Assembly: GCF_025147765.1 (NCBI RefSeq) | Contig: NZ_CP102265.1 | Span: 2,020,296-2,052,295, forward strand | Source: Blautia obeum ATCC 29174 | Lineage (GTDB): Bacteria; Bacillota; Clostridia; Lachnospirales; Lachnospiraceae | Direction of reading: 5' to 3' | Length of the DNA stretch: 32,000 nucleotides | Shown: positions 30,756 through 32,000 of the stretch, piece after piece | Layout of the letters: each line of letters begins with the position of its first letter | Position numbering within the stretch: position 1 is the first letter of the stretch | Translations under genes and position numbers: made by a program | The notes under the pieces: generated by a model | Database searches by the model: none | Seen by the model: only the letters and a program-made list of their open reading frames with translations | What the model was told of the DNA's origin: nothing

Positions 30756-31193
30756 TTACGCTAATCTCTTTGCGCCAAATTTAATGGATTCTTTAACTAC
30801 ATCACCATCAGTATCCATGTCAATAAGGTTGATATCATCAGTCGGTACGCATCCAACACATGTGACTGTCTCACTCTTATTCGTTGCATAGAAATCAGAG
30901 TTTTTGTCTGTCTGAACTCCCTGAATAGTCAACTCAGGTGTTTTTCCGTCCTTTAAGTAGGAATCGATCATATTGCGATATCTTCTGGTTGTTTTCCATT
31001 CCTCAATGGTGACCTCAATATCGTAACCAATCCAGCGACGGTTGGTTCCTGGCTCAGAAAGCTGTTTTCCCGACCATACATCCGGCTTAAATACAACCTG
31101 GAATTTGCAAGTGTCAGCAATCAGCGCTCCATCCAGATATACCTTACCTTCTCTTGCAGATAAGGGGCTTCTGTTTACACGTTCATTTGCCAT
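30756..31193 (-). CDS. Tail tube protein (XkdM-like)
   Basis: 145-aa ORF directly after the sheath gene, with the size and position of contractile-tail tube proteins. Confidence 0.7.
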   Translation of the reverse strand: MANERVNRSPLSAREGKVYLDGALIADTCKFQVVFKPDVWSGKQLSEPGTNRRWIGYDIEVTIEEWKTTRRYRNMIDSYLKDGKTPELTIQGVQTDKNSDFYATNKSETVTCVGCVPTDDINLIDMDTDGDVVKESIKFGAKRLA

Positions 31194-31211
31194 AGTATTT
31201 TATCCTCCTTC

Positions 31212-32000
31212 CTATCGTGCTACGATGCTAATATAGAATTTTTCAGCACTATCTACTGCCTGTAATCCTATATTCAGATACATACTATCCCCAACAGACC
31301 TACCGGTATCAACCAGGAAATCCTCGTCAAGAACTACGTTTGTGAGTGCTCCATCGTCAGAGTAATTCTGAAGCATGGAACGTCCAAGGCCTTCCACTAC
31401 AGCCCATCCATCTTCGTCATTATCAAACTTTCCAGGACGGAATGTAATCAGGCAGTCATTTTCAAAAGAATCATATACACGAAGTGGACGGTTCTTTTTG
31501 ATGTCCTGTGGTGTTTCAGAATCAATATGGACTTTGCTATTAATGTCATATTCAAGGATGACATTTCCTTCATCGTCCACACTGAAAAATGTCTGTCCAG
31601 CTTCAATGGCTGCGATTGAAGCTTCGTTGTTCATTTCTCCAACTACGGATGTAGCATTTGTCACCTGGGCATATGTAAGAGAGGTTACATAATCTGCCCC
31701 TGCAGTAGCTCCTGCCAGCCATGCACACGCTTCTGCAGTTGTCAGTGATCTGTCTCCATACAGAAAAGAGTTCACCAGATTAATGATTCCTTCATAATCT
31801 GCTGCAAAATTCGGAGCTACTGCCTGGCATTTCCAACCGATACTCTCACGAATATACTTGATCTTAGTGAGAAGTGCTGTCTGCAAGGAACTCTCTGTGC
31901 TTGGGAAGCACATACAGTTGAAACGTACTTTCTCTGACTTATCCAGGAAATCGGAGATACCTGAATTTCCAGAGCCGTCTACAGTATCGGTTCCGCCTTC
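31212..32000 (-). CDS. Tail sheath protein (XkdK-like), C-terminal part; 5' end outside window
   Basis: The frame stays open upstream of the tabulated ATG to the window edge (..EGGTDTVDGSGNSGISDFLDKSEKVRFNCMCFPS..). It is followed by the tube and chaperone genes. Confidence 0.75.
   Translation of the reverse strand, partial: EGGTDTVDGSGNSGISDFLDKSEKVRFNCMCFPSTESSLQTALLTKIKYIRESIGWKCQAVAPNFAADYEGIINLVNSFLYGDRSLTTAEACAWLAGATAGADYVTSLTYAQVTNATSVVGEMNNEASIAAIEAGQTFFSVDDEGNVILEYDINSKVHIDSETPQDIKKNRPLRVYDSFENDCLITFRPGKFDNDEDGWAVVEGLGRSMLQNYSDDGALTNVVLDEDFLVDTGRSVGDSMYLNIGLQAVDSAEKFYISIVAR

Larger units (their letters stand above)
1..32000 (-). mobile_element. Tailed phage / prophage genome segment (contractile-tail Xkd-like structural module + DGR + lysis + early genes)
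   Basis: The minus-strand gene array is uninterrupted and co-directional, with many ATGA-type stop/start overlaps. It shows a recognisable sheath-tube-chaperone-tape measure-baseplate order, a holin/endolysin cassette, SSB and many small early-type ORFs. No housekeeping genes are present. Confidence 0.9.

Noticed and set aside
1-32000. Search by eye for CRISPR arrays, tRNA/rRNA genes, IS elements with terminal inverted repeats, and an integrase
   Set aside because: I saw no regularly spaced direct repeats, no cloverleaf-like GC-rich 70-90-nt islands and no transposase or recombinase-like ORF. The only HTH plus leucine-zipper protein (10050-10535) resembles an IS3 OrfA-type fold, but it has no adjacent transposase ORF or inverted repeats.

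Overview
Almost the whole 32-kb window is one low-GC tailed phage or prophage segment. The strong GGAGG Shine-Dalgarno sites suggest a Firmicutes/Clostridia-type host. Transcription is almost entirely on the minus strand. In the direction of transcription (32000 -> 1) the window holds six blocks. (1) A PBSX/Xkd-type contractile-tail module: sheath, tube, a chaperone with an A7 -1 frameshift site, a 1545-aa tape measure, XkdP/Q/R/S/T/U-like baseplate genes and small fibre-region ORFs. (2) A complete diversity-generating retroelement (DGR): an FGE-sulfatase/C-type-lectin-fold target carrying VR1, avd, a 116-nt template repeat and a reverse transcriptase. (3) A lysis cassette: an XhlA-like protein, membrane proteins, a holin and a multidomain endolysin. 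(4) A ~700-bp ORF-free region containing an Fst/par-like type I toxin-antitoxin locus that falls below the ORF-track cutoff. (5) A single plus-strand lipoprotein 'moron' carrying a C10 tract. (6) About 11.5 kb of small early-type genes (HTH regulators, GHKL-like ATPase, SSB) driven by three copies of a repeated promoter and dotted with a recurrent 20-bp inverted-repeat operator-like motif. A second, remote DGR target gene (VR2) lies in this early block, about 16 kb from the template repeat. I saw no rRNA, tRNA, CRISPR array, integrase, CI-type repressor or terminase/portal. Protein family names are assigned from motif recognition by eye and need HMM confirmation.
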